This document shows, piece after piece, positions 19,707 through 30,025 of a stretch of DNA of 64,000 bases. Source of the DNA: a virus. Taxonomy: Duplodnaviria; Caudoviricetes. The stretch spans positions 1 through 64,000 of the IMG/VR virus record IMGVR_UViG_3300025382_000004. One strand, given 5' to 3'. Below the pieces are notes generated by a model. The model saw only the letters and a list, made by a program, of their open reading frames with translations. It searched no databases and was not told the origin of the DNA. The position numbers and the translations under genes are program-made. The first letter of the stretch is position 1; every line of letters begins with the position of its first letter.

Positions 19707-20332
19707 GACGGTTTGGAGAATATATGACTGAAGTAAACAAAAACCAAGTGAAAAAAGGAACCTTAAATGTCCTGGACATTGACGATACCTTGTTTATGCC
19801 TAATGCCAAGACAAACGTTGTAAAAGACGGCAAGGTTGTTACCCGTCTTTCATCCGAAGATTTAAAACATTATAAACCAAAACCAGGTGAACGACTAGAC
19901 TTTGGTGAGTTTAGGTCTGGTAAGTATTTCCATGATAAAGCAGAACCTATTGAGAAGATGATTAGACGGGCACAGTTGGTTGTTGGTCATCAAGGCGCAC
20001 ATTCTCGTACCATTATCGTAACCGCAAGAGCAGACGTATCCGACAAAGATATGTTTCTCAAAAAGTTCCGTGACCATGGATTTCCTATTGACCAGGTCCA
20101 TGTAGAACGTTCTGGTAATGTATTTGGTGGTGGTAATGCGGCACCATTATCTAAGGCTGTTGTTATTCGTAAGTATATTGACAGCGGTAAGTTCAATAAG
20201 ATCCGAATGTGGGATGACCACGAAGGTAACTTGTCTATGCTATTACAACTGGCAAAACTACATCCAGAAATAGAGTTTGAGGCTTATTTGGTGAATCCAA
20301 AAACTGGTGTACCTACGAGGTTTAATAAATAG
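19703..20332 (+). CDS. HAD-superfamily phosphatase (PNKP-like)
   Basis: LDIDDTL (DxDxT), VTAR, WDD; N-terminus [10 protein letters not shown]. Confidence 0.75.
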   Translation: MRRFGEYMTEVNKNQVKKGTLNVLDIDDTLFMPNAKTNVVKDGKVVTRLSSEDLKHYKPKPGERLDFGEFRSGKYFHDKAEPIEKMIRRAQLVVGHQGAHSRTIIVTARADVSDKDMFLKKFRDHGFPIDQVHVERSGNVFGGGNAAPLSKAVVIRKYIDSGKFNKIRMWDDHEGNLSMLLQLAKLHPEIEFEAYLVNPKTGVPTRFNK

Positions 20333-20335
20333 AAG

Positions 20336-20953
20336 ATGGAAAAAATATTCAATCCTATAAACACAATCAAAAAAGTAGTCAAAGAGGCCCGTCTTCGTGA
20401 GAAGTATGGTTGTGAAGATGTTATACAAGAAAAAGTTCTCAATATAGGATTCAATCCTAGTCATGAAGGTCATCGTGAGAAGTATAGAAATCAAATACAT
20501 GATGTTATTCAACGATCTTATAAAGATGTAGAAGGTGGATATGGCGGCCACGGATCTGGTTCCGATGCCGAGTCCAAAGCAATACATTCCGACATATCCG
20601 ATCATGCTATCAAAGCAACACGCCGCGGTGACACTATTACACATGCCACTATTTACAAGAAACAACACGGTCGTAAAATCATTGCTCTAGGACATTCTGG
20701 CACAGATCAAGGTCGTAAAGATTTCAATAAAAATGCTGCCGAAGATAAATCAAAAAGAAGGGCCTGGGGTGAGTTTTCAGGTAATGCGGAACGAGCATAT
20801 AAAAAACGTGGATTTGTTCAAAGGTCTTCCGGCCGGGCCGCTGGACTGACTGGTAAGAATGTAAACATTATAGATCGGAAAAGGTATTCCAGGAACATTG
20901 GTGGTCAGGAACACGACAAAACGATACTTGGATACCCTAGTAAAAACAAGTAG
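20336..20953 (+). CDS. hypothetical basic late protein
   Basis: ATAAATA directly upstream; 205 aa. Confidence 0.6.
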   Translation: MEKIFNPINTIKKVVKEARLREKYGCEDVIQEKVLNIGFNPSHEGHREKYRNQIHDVIQRSYKDVEGGYGGHGSGSDAESKAIHSDISDHAIKATRRGDTITHATIYKKQHGRKIIALGHSGTDQGRKDFNKNAAEDKSKRRAWGEFSGNAERAYKKRGFVQRSSGRAAGLTGKNVNIIDRKRYSRNIGGQEHDKTILGYPSKNK

Positions 20954-20964
20954 TTAGATACTGG

Positions 20965-20993
20965 TTGACAAGTGAGGAATAGTGTAGTATAAT
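20965..20993 (+). promoter_or_regulatory. sigma70 consensus promoter
   Basis: TTGACA-17-TATAAT. Confidence 0.85.
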
Positions 20994-20999
20994 GCTTTT

Positions 21000-21524
21000 A
21001 TGACTGAGAAAACAATCATTTACTTCCACGGGTATGGTTCCTCTCCTGCGACCGATAAGGTCCAGACGCTAAAAGAACATTTTAGCGAGGTTCATGCTTT
21101 CCCTATAAACATAGATCCAGATTTTTCTCTTCCTTATCTAGAGGAAGAGATTGACAACCTGATCGTTTCCAACCTGAACTCCGAAAAAGAGTTGGTGTTT
21201 ATCGGAACATCTTTGGGTGCCTGGTATGCTGGTCAAATGGCTAGTAAGTTCCGTCTTGAAGGTTCTAGGTGTGTGCTTATCAATCCCGCACATTCTATGG
21301 AATCCATCAAGATTGATCTTCCTATTCCTGAGAACATCAAAGAGAAATATAATCATCTAGGTTTTATTTGTCCTCTCCACACTAAGTTTTTTATCGCCAA
21401 CAATGACGAGGTGATTGACTTTACAAACTTTCATCCTAAAAATGCTACATATGTCAAAGAGGCAGATCACCGTTTTAACGGCAAACCTTTTGAGAATGTT
21501 ATAGAGTATGTAAAAGGTTTGTAA
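21000..21524 (+). CDS. alpha/beta hydrolase, YqiA/YcfP-like esterase
   Basis: FHGYGSS, GTSLG nucleophile elbow, NPA, DEV, DH.F. Confidence 0.8.
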   Translation: MTEKTIIYFHGYGSSPATDKVQTLKEHFSEVHAFPINIDPDFSLPYLEEEIDNLIVSNLNSEKELVFIGTSLGAWYAGQMASKFRLEGSRCVLINPAHSMESIKIDLPIPENIKEKYNHLGFICPLHTKFFIANNDEVIDFTNFHPKNATYVKEADHRFNGKPFENVIEYVKGL

Positions 21525-21628
21525 TAGCAAACCTCTTCCGGTTGTGAGATAAAAAGAAACATAAATAACAATAACCCCCTCGCCTGCGGGCGCACCTGGG
21601 GGTTTACTCACATACCGCAGAGGTAATA

Positions 21629-23629
21629 ATGAAAAAAATAGTATTTACATTCGGCCGTTATAATCCACCAACAACAGGCCACGCAGAACTAATCCATTAT
21701 GCCGTCAATCTAGCACACAGAACCGGTGCCGAACACCGCATCTATACTTCTCAGTCACACGACTCCTCCAAGAATCCACTATCACCAAAACAAAAGATGG
21801 CCTTTCTACGCCAGATTTTCCCTGGTGTAAACTTTGTGGATGATCCATCTATGAAGACCGCATTTGCTATCTGTAAGAAACTAGCAGATGATGGTTATGA
21901 AGATGTAACATTTGTGGTTGGTGATGACCGTGTCAATGAGTTTAGAACACAACTTGGCAAGTATGTTATGCCTAAGACTGCTAAAGATTTTGATCCTAAG
22001 AAGCATTATCCATTCAAGAAGTTTAAGGTCGTATCATCTGGTGCCCGCAAGCAAGGCATCTCCGGTACAGACCTACGTGCGGCAGTTCGTAAAGGTGACT
22101 TTGCTACCTTTGCTAAGGCCTCGGCTGCCAAAGATAAAACACTCGCTAGAAAAATCTTTACAGCAACCAGAACACAACTAAAAGAATGGTATCTTAGAGA
22201 AGAAAGAGGACTCTCTCGCCAAGACTTCCACGACAAACTAATGTCCTTTGTTGACTTCACCTGTGCCCATCTTGGTATTGATGATAAACCAACCATCAAG
22301 TATAAAGAAGACCGCAAAGAAGGTCAACCATCATTCGCGGCCTATTCACCACACTCTAAAGAAGTTTATGTAAGCACCAAGAACCGTCATCCAATGGATA
22401 TCTTCCGTTCAGTAGCACATGAGTTGGTACATCATAAACAGAACCTTGACGGACGCCTTGGTAAGAACATTGCTAAAGAAGGTGCGACTGGTTCTAAGAT
22501 TGAGAACGAGGCCAACTCTGAGGCCGGCAAGGTCATGCGTTATTTTGGACAAGACAATCCATTCTACTTTGATATGACTTATGTTGGTGAAGAAAAGGCA
22601 ATCATTCTTTCTGGCACACCTGGTTCTGGTAAAGATAAAATCCTAAAAGAGGCCATTCTACCATTTGGTTTCACCGAGGTTTCAGCAGATACTTTCCATA
22701 ATCAGAAACTCCAAGGTGCTATTGTAGTGAATGGTGCCTCTGATTATTTAACAGTAAAGACAATCAAAGAGGCCTTGGAAATCCAAGGATACGAAACTAT
22801 TATGGTGTTTGTGAATACCAGCAACGAGGTATCCAAACAACGAAACGAATCCAGAGCAACTAAAGGTGGTCGTGTAATCACCGAGGCGGTTCGCTTTGCC
22901 AAGTGGAAAGGTGCTCAAGAGGCCCTTGACCGCTTTGACCAGTTATTTGAGAAGGTTATTGAGGTCAAGAATGACCTTGATCTAAACCTAAACGAAAGCG
23001 TTATTGATGAGACATATAAAAAACTTATCAATAGTGTATCAAAAGAAATCGCAGAGTTTGCCTTAAACGAGGCTGACAAGAGATTTGAGAATATGTTAAA
23101 CGAAGTTGGTGGTGCTGGTAACTGGGGCACACAGCAACTTACAGACAAATATAAACTAGACACACCAGGCCAAGAACCTGGTAAGTTCGCAAAAATGAAG
23201 GTATTGAAATTGAAAAATGAGAATAATGTAAAATCATCACTTGACCCGAGAAATCAAAATCCTGGTCCTGTTGGTGGTGATAGAATAGGAGACGAAGCCG
23301 GTATGCCTAAGGGCCCTGGTTTCGGTGATAACCAAAGTTTAGATTTCACCGGTGTAAATGGTAACAGACAGATTGACCGTTGGATGGTGAAAGAAGAAAC
23401 ACGAAAAAGGTTCATGGCAAAGTATGGTGCCCTGGCCGACAAGAAAATCAAAGAGACTGCCGAGCGTCTGAAGAGAGAAAGTTTGGATGATCCATTTTCT
23501 GGAACTATGGCATCGGCATCTGCTACATTAGGTAATGATGATGTCCGTACCAATACAGTTGGTGCTGAGGATGAAAAAACATCATTATTTAAGAAAAACA
23601 AATATAAGAAAAAGAAATATACTAAATAG
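21629..23629 (+). CDS. multidomain protein: cytidylyltransferase-like + HExxH metallopeptidase + P-loop kinase
   Basis: FGRYNPPTTGH; AHELVHH; LSGTPGSGKD. Confidence 0.75.
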   Translation: MKKIVFTFGRYNPPTTGHAELIHYAVNLAHRTGAEHRIYTSQSHDSSKNPLSPKQKMAFLRQIFPGVNFVDDPSMKTAFAICKKLADDGYEDVTFVVGDDRVNEFRTQLGKYVMPKTAKDFDPKKHYPFKKFKVVSSGARKQGISGTDLRAAVRKGDFATFAKASAAKDKTLARKIFTATRTQLKEWYLREERGLSRQDFHDKLMSFVDFTCAHLGIDDKPTIKYKEDRKEGQPSFAAYSPHSKEVYVSTKNRHPMDIFRSVAHELVHHKQNLDGRLGKNIAKEGATGSKIENEANSEAGKVMRYFGQDNPFYFDMTYVGEEKAIILSGTPGSGKDKILKEAILPFGFTEVSADTFHNQKLQGAIVVNGASDYLTVKTIKEALEIQGYETIMVFVNTSNEVSKQRNESRATKGGRVITEAVRFAKWKGAQEALDRFDQLFEKVIEVKNDLDLNLNESVIDETYKKLINSVSKEIAEFALNEADKRFENMLNEVGGAGNWGTQQLTDKYKLDTPGQEPGKFAKMKVLKLKNENNVKSSLDPRNQNPGPVGGDRIGDEAGMPKGPGFGDNQSLDFTGVNGNRQIDRWMVKEETRKRFMAKYGALADKKIKETAERLKRESLDDPFSGTMASASATLGNDDVRTNTVGAEDEKTSLFKKNKYKKKKYTK

Positions 23630-23679
23630 TAGGAACACTTTATATTATCCGACTAGGACAACTTTCAAAGGAAACTAAC

Positions 23680-25443
23680 ATGGTATTCTCTAACAAATTT
23701 AACTCAAAGAAAGCAGACCCTTTGGTGGAAGCCGCCAAAGCCGCTATGGAACTAGGCCAGAAGCGCCGTGATGCTATCAACGCCGTCAACGAAGAGTTCG
23801 GTGTTTATTCACGCAACGCAGTCGTTCGTGAACAACTTGCGGCATATGATGCTCGTATTGAGGAAGTCTATAAGGGCATGATGGCAGGCAATCTTACAGA
23901 AGGCAAAAAACTTGCTGACAAAGACTATGACAAAGACGGCAAGATTGAATCTCCAAAAGACGAAGTATGGGGTTCACGCTTCCGTGCTGCTAAGGCTGCT
24001 GGCAAGATGGAAGAAGGATCACAATGGCGTAAACCAGGCCGTGAAGGTAAAACTTGGGGTACCGACTCATCAGAAGATCGTGAAGACGGACATGAAACTA
24101 AGTTTCAACTAAACAAAAAAGGTAAGATCAGTGATGGTCCGAATAAAGATGTGTTGGCTCACAGAAAAGATCCAGATAAATGGTACAGTAAAGCACAGCA
24201 GAAAAAGCACGGTGTTGATCTAAAAAGTCAGATCAAAAACCAAATCGGTAAGCATACAAAGCCACATCTACCAGAAGAGATCGATTACTCTGCTCCAGAT
24301 CGTGCTGCCGTTACAAAAGATAATAAACCATCTGTTTCACCTACAGCACCAAAAGCAGACACATCAGGACCATCTGCCGCAGATAAGGCAGGCCTTGCTG
24401 CTAAGATTGGTGCTATGAAAGAAGCAAAGTTGGATGAAGTTTCTCATAAACTCGCACTAAAGGCTATGAAGAAATCTGAAAAACGTGGTGATGATGAATA
24501 TGATGATGATATGACATCCGATAGACTGAGTGATCCAAGGACACATTGGGATCGTGCTAAACGTCTTCGCGGTCATATGAAAAAAAAGTTCGGTAATCCA
24601 TCACACAAAACAAGCGGCCGTGATCTTCTATCACCTAAACCAGCCGATCAAGATGGAATGGAAAGACATAAGGCTGACAAATTAGTAAAAGGTCCAAGAG
24701 CAGGTAAAATCTCTGCTAAACACAGAGAAAATCTAAAAGGTAATATTAAATACTCTCTTGGTAAACATACAAAGCCACATCTACCAGAAGAAACAATTGA
24801 AGAAGCAGTTTCACGCAAGCATTTTCAACAAGTCGCAGACCTAATCAAAGGTCATGAGTCCCAAGAAAAGAGAAATGAACTTGCTTCACACCATGCTGGC
24901 ATTTTCTCAAAGCAGAATCCTCGTTTTGACCATGGCCGTTTCCATAAGGCTGCTGGTTCAACCGCACACGAAGCACCTAAGAAAATGGAAGAGGCAGCAT
25001 ATTCAGCAAAGGCTGGCCGTGCTGGTAAAGACCTCGGCAAACCAGGTAAATCATTCAAAATGATTGCTAAGAAGGCTGGTAAAGAATATGGTTCAGAAGA
25101 AAAAGGTAAGAAGGTAGCAGGTGCTATCCTTAAAAAGATCCGTGCAAAGCATATGAAAGAAGATGATATGAAATTGGGTGATCCTGCTGCTATGGATGCA
25201 GTAAAGAAAGCTGGTAATCCACCTCTTGCATCAACCGCAGATCCTAAAGGTTTAGGTGTTGCTCAAAGTGCAGTAAGTCAGGGTAAAATGGATAATATTG
25301 CTAATGACACAATTGAAAAACAACATGGTCCAGATGTAGCACAAGCATACAAAAATATGCAATCACAAAGATACAACTGGTCAATGAAAGAAGATATTAA
25401 TGAGTCCGTCCAAGTTGGCGCAAACAAATATAGGATCGTCTAA
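23680..25443 (+). CDS. large charged late protein of repeated modules, probable internal head protein
   Basis: CTAAATA upstream; repeated GKHTKPHLPEE; many L/M/I-x-E junctions. Confidence 0.6.
   Translation: MVFSNKFNSKKADPLVEAAKAAMELGQKRRDAINAVNEEFGVYSRNAVVREQLAAYDARIEEVYKGMMAGNLTEGKKLADKDYDKDGKIESPKDEVWGSRFRAAKAAGKMEEGSQWRKPGREGKTWGTDSSEDREDGHETKFQLNKKGKISDGPNKDVLAHRKDPDKWYSKAQQKKHGVDLKSQIKNQIGKHTKPHLPEEIDYSAPDRAAVTKDNKPSVSPTAPKADTSGPSAADKAGLAAKIGAMKEAKLDEVSHKLALKAMKKSEKRGDDEYDDDMTSDRLSDPRTHWDRAKRLRGHMKKKFGNPSHKTSGRDLLSPKPADQDGMERHKADKLVKGPRAGKISAKHRENLKGNIKYSLGKHTKPHLPEETIEEAVSRKHFQQVADLIKGHESQEKRNELASHHAGIFSKQNPRFDHGRFHKAAGSTAHEAPKKMEEAAYSAKAGRAGKDLGKPGKSFKMIAKKAGKEYGSEEKGKKVAGAILKKIRAKHMKEDDMKLGDPAAMDAVKKAGNPPLASTADPKGLGVAQSAVSQGKMDNIANDTIEKQHGPDVAQAYKNMQSQRYNWSMKEDINESVQVGANKYRIV
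24247..24791 (+). repeat. 32-bp direct repeat (24247-24278, 24760-24791)
   Basis: GGTAA(G/A)CATACAAAGCCACATCTACCAGAAGA, 31/32 identical. Confidence 0.9.
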
Positions 25444-25676
25444 TGAATAGACCTCCACAAAAAGGAGCAAACAATCAAGGCAGCGGGTCTCTCGGTGCCT
25501 TGGAACATCGTTATGGTTCATCCAAAAAGTTGGCACAGGAAGCAACTAAGGTTGCCTTGCAGAAAGCGACCGATCAAAAGATGCTAAACCCTGGCAAAAC
25601 TGCCACAGGCCAAATTGCGGATCCAATTGCGTTAGACCCTGAAAAAGCAGGGATGCAATCACAAACTTATAGCTAA
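25443..25676 (+). CDS. hypothetical protein
   Basis: 77 aa, TAATG coupling both sides. Confidence 0.6.
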   Translation: MNRPPQKGANNQGSGSLGALEHRYGSSKKLAQEATKVALQKATDQKMLNPGKTATGQIADPIALDPEKAGMQSQTYS

Positions 25677-26242
25677 TGTATTATATTTACGCATATCTTA
25701 GAAGAGATGGAACACCTTATTACATAGGTAAAGGAAAAGGTAACAGGGCCTGGAGGAAAGACCATAATGTTCCTGTTCCTAGTAAAGATAGGGTAATACT
25801 AATGGAAACAGGTTTGACTAATGTAGGATCTTTAGCATTAGAAAGGTTCTATATTCGTTGGTATGGCCGTAAAGATAACGGAACAGGAATACTAAGAAAT
25901 CTTACCGATGGTGGAGAAGGTACGGAGGGATGTAAAAATCCTAAAAATATAACCACTAAAAACAAAATAAGCGAGACACTAAAACGTAAAGGTATAAAAC
26001 CACCTTCACGTAAAGGTGTAAAGGCTCCTAAAGAGTCCTATACAAATAGTATATTTGAGATAGAAAACATTACTACAGGTGAGTTGTTTACAACTACAAA
26101 CCTTAGAGAATTTTGCCAGGCGAAGGGTTTGACAAGATCAAGTTTGCAGGCAACAGCACCCTATAGTAATGGTATAAATAAATACAACCAACATAAAGGC
26201 TATAGAATAGCCAAAAGAAACTTTATAGAGAAGGAAAACTAA
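25676..26242 (+). mobile_element. GIY-YIG homing-endonuclease-like gene lacking the leader
   Basis: MYYIYAYL...YIGKG...[13 protein letters not shown]...TDGGEG; coupled by TAATG. Confidence 0.85.
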
Positions 26243-26243
26243 A

Positions 26244-26891
26244 ATGGCTCTCTGGGGAATGACAGACAACGCAGCTAACTCCGACATTGCTGCACTAATG
26301 CAGGTATCAGCACATGTTGATACTGCTAATCAATCAACACTTTACGAAAATACAACAGCAGGTGCTATCGGGCCACATCTAAACGCCAATCTAATCATTG
26401 GTCAGTTTGGTGTTAGCACACAAGAAATTCAAGCAAGTCCAACAGGTCATGGTTATCATGCTGGTTGGGTTCTTCGTAAAGAAGGTACAGGCGGCCGTGC
26501 AGGTCGTGTAACATATGAAACACTTGTTGCTACAAGTTCAATTCCTGGTGATGGAAGCAATGATGGCCTCTGGTTCCCAGACTATACATTGAGAATTGTT
26601 ACACAACCAGTAAGCAGCACAATGAATGGTGCTCCACAGAATGTTACTTTCACCGTTGCTGCTTCATCTACACCAGCAGGTGCTACACTATCTTATCAGT
26701 GGCAGGTAAACACTGGTACATCATGGACCAACGTTACAGGTTCTGCTGGCAAGTATTACAACCCAACATCTGCTACATTTACTGCTAACAACAAGACTGC
26801 AAATGGTAACACCTTCCAGTGTGTTGTTTCGGCCGCAAACTCAAATACTGTAACCTCAACAAGCGCAACAGTTATTTGGTATACACCATAA
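26244..26891 (+). CDS. virion protein with C-terminal Ig-like domain
   Basis: IVTQP...TFTVAAS...LSYQWQ...FQCVVS; Thr/Ser-rich. Confidence 0.7.
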   Translation: MALWGMTDNAANSDIAALMQVSAHVDTANQSTLYENTTAGAIGPHLNANLIIGQFGVSTQEIQASPTGHGYHAGWVLRKEGTGGRAGRVTYETLVATSSIPGDGSNDGLWFPDYTLRIVTQPVSSTMNGAPQNVTFTVAASSTPAGATLSYQWQVNTGTSWTNVTGSAGKYYNPTSATFTANNKTANGNTFQCVVSAANSNTVTSTSATVIWYTP

Positions 26892-26910
26892 TTTAGAAGG
26901 ATAAACCACT

Positions 26911-28005
26911 ATGAAAAGTTTTAAGTCATTTATTAGTGAGGAAGTCCTTCCAACCGCAAATGTGGAGAATGGCAACTTTGACCTAGAGAACGACGCAGTT
27001 CGTGCCGAGGTTAATGCCATTCTTGCTGGCATCTGTAGTCATTCACATGTTACACCTTACATTACATTGCGTAAGATTTCTAAGGCCCTTGCTTACTTTA
27101 GCATTATCCTTCCAAAGAGAACATTTTTGGAAGGTGATAAAGGTGTTGAGGTCTATGAAATTAGACAGTTTGGCGAACGTATGGGTATGACCGATCAAGG
27201 TGAGTTTGTTCGTGAAATTCCTGTCCAGTATCATCTATTCTTCCAGTATGTCCAGGTTATGGGCCGCTTTATCGTTACCGCTAAGGTTGTTGATAAAGCA
27301 GAATTGGATAAGATGCTTGATACAGCCGAAATGGTAATGAAAGAATGTTGGGACAAGGTTACAAAGAGCGAACGAGAGGCCATCAAAGAACCAATCCACA
27401 CCGATGGTAACAATGGTACAGTAAGCACCAAGAAGGCCATGGATACATCTGAAAGAACAAAAGATAAGAAACTTGCTTCTGGTAAGTTAGATAAAGAATG
27501 GCCTGCCGTTGTCAAGGAAGATGAACAGATTGATGAAGGTAAAACCGACGGTTCAAAGATGAGCGATATGGATAAGCATCGTCATGGTTATGCCATGATG
27601 TATGGTCGTTCACCAACTCAGATGAAACCAAATGACAAACTTGCTTCTAAAGTTTGGAACAAACCATCATCTGAAATGAGAAAGACCAAATCTGGTAAGA
27701 TTCACGGTCAAGACCAGAAAGCCAAGGCATCTGAAATTAAGTCCCGTCTCGGTTCACATACAAAACCAGGTCATCTACCAGAAGATAACCTTGATGAGGC
27801 TGATTATAAGTCTTCGTATGCTTACAAGAAGATGAAAACAAAAGTTGCCACAAAGGTTAAACGTGGACTTGGTATTGGTAAAGAAAAGACCTCTACTGTC
27901 CTTGTAACAAACAAAGGTGATCCAAAGGCTGCTACAGGTGGTGGAGTTCATCGTATTCCAAAAGATAAATACGATCCATCAAAGCATAACTTGGCATCAG
28001 AATAA
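26911..28005 (+). CDS. late protein with capsid-targeting-like N-terminus
   Basis: MKSFKSFISE; HTKPGHLPED shared with the 23680 protein. Confidence 0.6.
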   Translation: MKSFKSFISEEVLPTANVENGNFDLENDAVRAEVNAILAGICSHSHVTPYITLRKISKALAYFSIILPKRTFLEGDKGVEVYEIRQFGERMGMTDQGEFVREIPVQYHLFFQYVQVMGRFIVTAKVVDKAELDKMLDTAEMVMKECWDKVTKSEREAIKEPIHTDGNNGTVSTKKAMDTSERTKDKKLASGKLDKEWPAVVKEDEQIDEGKTDGSKMSDMDKHRHGYAMMYGRSPTQMKPNDKLASKVWNKPSSEMRKTKSGKIHGQDQKAKASEIKSRLGSHTKPGHLPEDNLDEADYKSSYAYKKMKTKVATKVKRGLGIGKEKTSTVLVTNKGDPKAATGGGVHRIPKDKYDPSKHNLASE

Positions 28006-28006
28006 C

Positions 28007-28073
28007 TAAATAAGAGTGCGGGCCACGGTGCTGTAACACCTGCCCGCTCTAACACTCGGTAAGGAGTATCAGC
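28007..28073 (+). promoter_or_regulatory. late promoter plus conserved two-hairpin leader (copy 4)
   Basis: TAAATA; GCGGGC/GCCCGC covariant stem; TCTAA; GGAG; CAGCATG. Confidence 0.85.
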
Positions 28074-28628
28074 ATGTATTATATATATGCTTACATAAGG
28101 CAGTATGATTCTAAAACTGCTAAAGCAGGAACACCTTATTATATTGGTAAGGGTAAAAAATATAGACTAAAAAATAAGAAAAAAGGTCATAATATACCTA
28201 TACCAAAAGATAAAAAATTTATTGTAATTATGGAATCCGATTTGACAGAGATTGGTGCATTTGCTCTTGAAAGATTTTATATTCGTTGGTATGGGCGTAA
28301 AGATTTAGAAACTGGAATTTTATTGAATAGAACTGATGGTGGTGAAGGTGTTTCTGGATATAAAGCAACAGAAAAATCAAAGCAAATCAGGCGCGAAAGA
28401 TTATTAGGTAGTAAAAGAACAAAACAAACTATTAACAATATGATTGAGGGTATATCAAAAAATTGGTTGATAACTTTTCCTGATGGACATAAAGAAATGA
28501 TAAAAAATATGGCAAAATTTTGTAGAGAACATAATTTGTCAAAATCACTTATGCACTTGACATCCGTAGGAAACAGGCCACATCATAAAGGATACTCGGC
28601 GATTAGATATGATACAAGACCTAAATGA
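28074..28628 (+). mobile_element. GIY-YIG homing-endonuclease-like gene
   Basis: YYIYAYI...YIGKG...[13 protein letters not shown]...TDGGEG. Confidence 0.85.
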
Positions 28629-29001
28629 TGAAAATTTCCTACTTTATGCGGCTAAGGCCTACGACAAGCCACATATCCTACAATCGGAGTTTGAGGACGA
28701 TCTAAAGAGAATAAAGTATGTAAAAAGGTTATTGCGAAAGTATAGACAAACTGGTGAGTTCAAGGAGAGATTGGTTCTAAACCATGTTATCGTCCTTGCT
28801 AATGTGTTTGGTGTTGAAGCAACCGTGAATATGCTATTCTTCAAGGTGGATCCTGAAGATTATCCACTCCTCAAAACTATTCTTATATTTCTTAACTATT
28901 TACCTAAAAGATTGACTGTCTCGTTTAATAAATACTATGTGAGACAAGAAGAAATACCAGTCAATCTGGAAATAGCACATGTATTAAGGAATCTACAATG
29001 A
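28609..29001 (+). CDS. conserved T4-like hypothetical protein
   Basis: [27 protein letters not shown]. Confidence 0.65.
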   Translation: MIQDLNDENFLLYAAKAYDKPHILQSEFEDDLKRIKYVKRLLRKYRQTGEFKERLVLNHVIVLANVFGVEATVNMLFFKVDPEDYPLLKTILIFLNYLPKRLTVSFNKYYVRQEEIPVNLEIAHVLRNLQ

Positions 29002-29414
29002 AACTAAAAGAAGACGGTGTAGGTGTAGGCGCGCCGACCAACAATGCAGGTGGTGGTTCCGTAGCAGGTATCGGTGTAGGCCCTAAGGGCGAGCCAGGTA
29101 TGCCTGTAAGTTCGCAGAAGAAACGATACGGTAAGACCAAGTCACCTTTGCTATTTCCTGATATGATGAAACGCACAGTACCAAGTTTGGTTAAAGAAGA
29201 AACATTCGCAGGCGCAGCAGTCTTTGAGGTTTCTTCACATGTGTTTCATAACCTTACTATGCAGAAACGCAAGGGTAAGCATTGGAGAATTTATTTGGAA
29301 GAAGATGATAGTTATATGGAAATAAGAGAGTGGGCCAAAAAAAATAAAGGTCCTATTATAGTTAGAAATGCTACAACTTCTGAAATGCGTTATGTGAGGT
29401 ATGGGAAAGGATAA
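28998..29414 (+). CDS. conserved T4-like hypothetical protein
   Basis: MKLKE|DG start; Gly-rich N-terminus. Confidence 0.6.
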   Translation: MKLKEDGVGVGAPTNNAGGGSVAGIGVGPKGEPGMPVSSQKKRYGKTKSPLLFPDMMKRTVPSLVKEETFAGAAVFEVSSHVFHNLTMQKRKGKHWRIYLEEDDSYMEIREWAKKNKGPIIVRNATTSEMRYVRYGKG

Positions 29415-29428
29415 AAGGAAATACAATT

Positions 29429-29956
29429 ATGACCTCGACACCAACAAACGAAAAGTGTAAAGAACTTTTTCCACACGAAGACGTTCTAAACCTAAATAAA
29501 TTCTTCGGTGATCCATCTGGTAAAAACGGAGATGTGGATCCGACTTGGTTTAAAGAGAACATTGTAAAGTGGGAACCACCTTATCCTATGTTCTTTAATG
29601 CCAGTGGCCAGCAGTTCAAAACAATGAAACTACACAAGAAGGTAGTTGATGTTTATACTGCCGCATTTACTGAGGTGTTAGAACACTTTGGTAAAGATAA
29701 TATTAAGAAGTTACACCTCGATCAGTCTGGTGGTTCATTTAACTACAGACTAATGCGCGGTGGTTCTAGATTATCAGTCCATTCATGGGGTATAGCCATT
29801 GATATGGACCCAGCAAGAAATCCTTGGCCATCTGCATGGCATGAAGGTATGCTGAACCACGAGTTTGCAGATATACTAGAGAAGCACGGATTGTGGTGGC
29901 GCGGTAGGCCCGGCGATAACGACCCGATGCATTTTCAGGCTGCTTGGAGATACTAA
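29429..29956 (+). CDS. M15-family peptidoglycan peptidase (candidate endolysin)
   Basis: YRLMRG, SVHSWGIAIDMD, DPMHFQ. Confidence 0.85.
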   Translation: MTSTPTNEKCKELFPHEDVLNLNKFFGDPSGKNGDVDPTWFKENIVKWEPPYPMFFNASGQQFKTMKLHKKVVDVYTAAFTEVLEHFGKDNIKKLHLDQSGGSFNYRLMRGGSRLSVHSWGIAIDMDPARNPWPSAWHEGMLNHEFADILEKHGLWWRGRPGDNDPMHFQAAWRY

Positions 29957-30025
29957 TTCGTCGCCCCGGTCCTGTGAGGGCGACGATTTATAGGATGGAG
30001 GTTTAACAGGAGAGAGAAACCTAAA

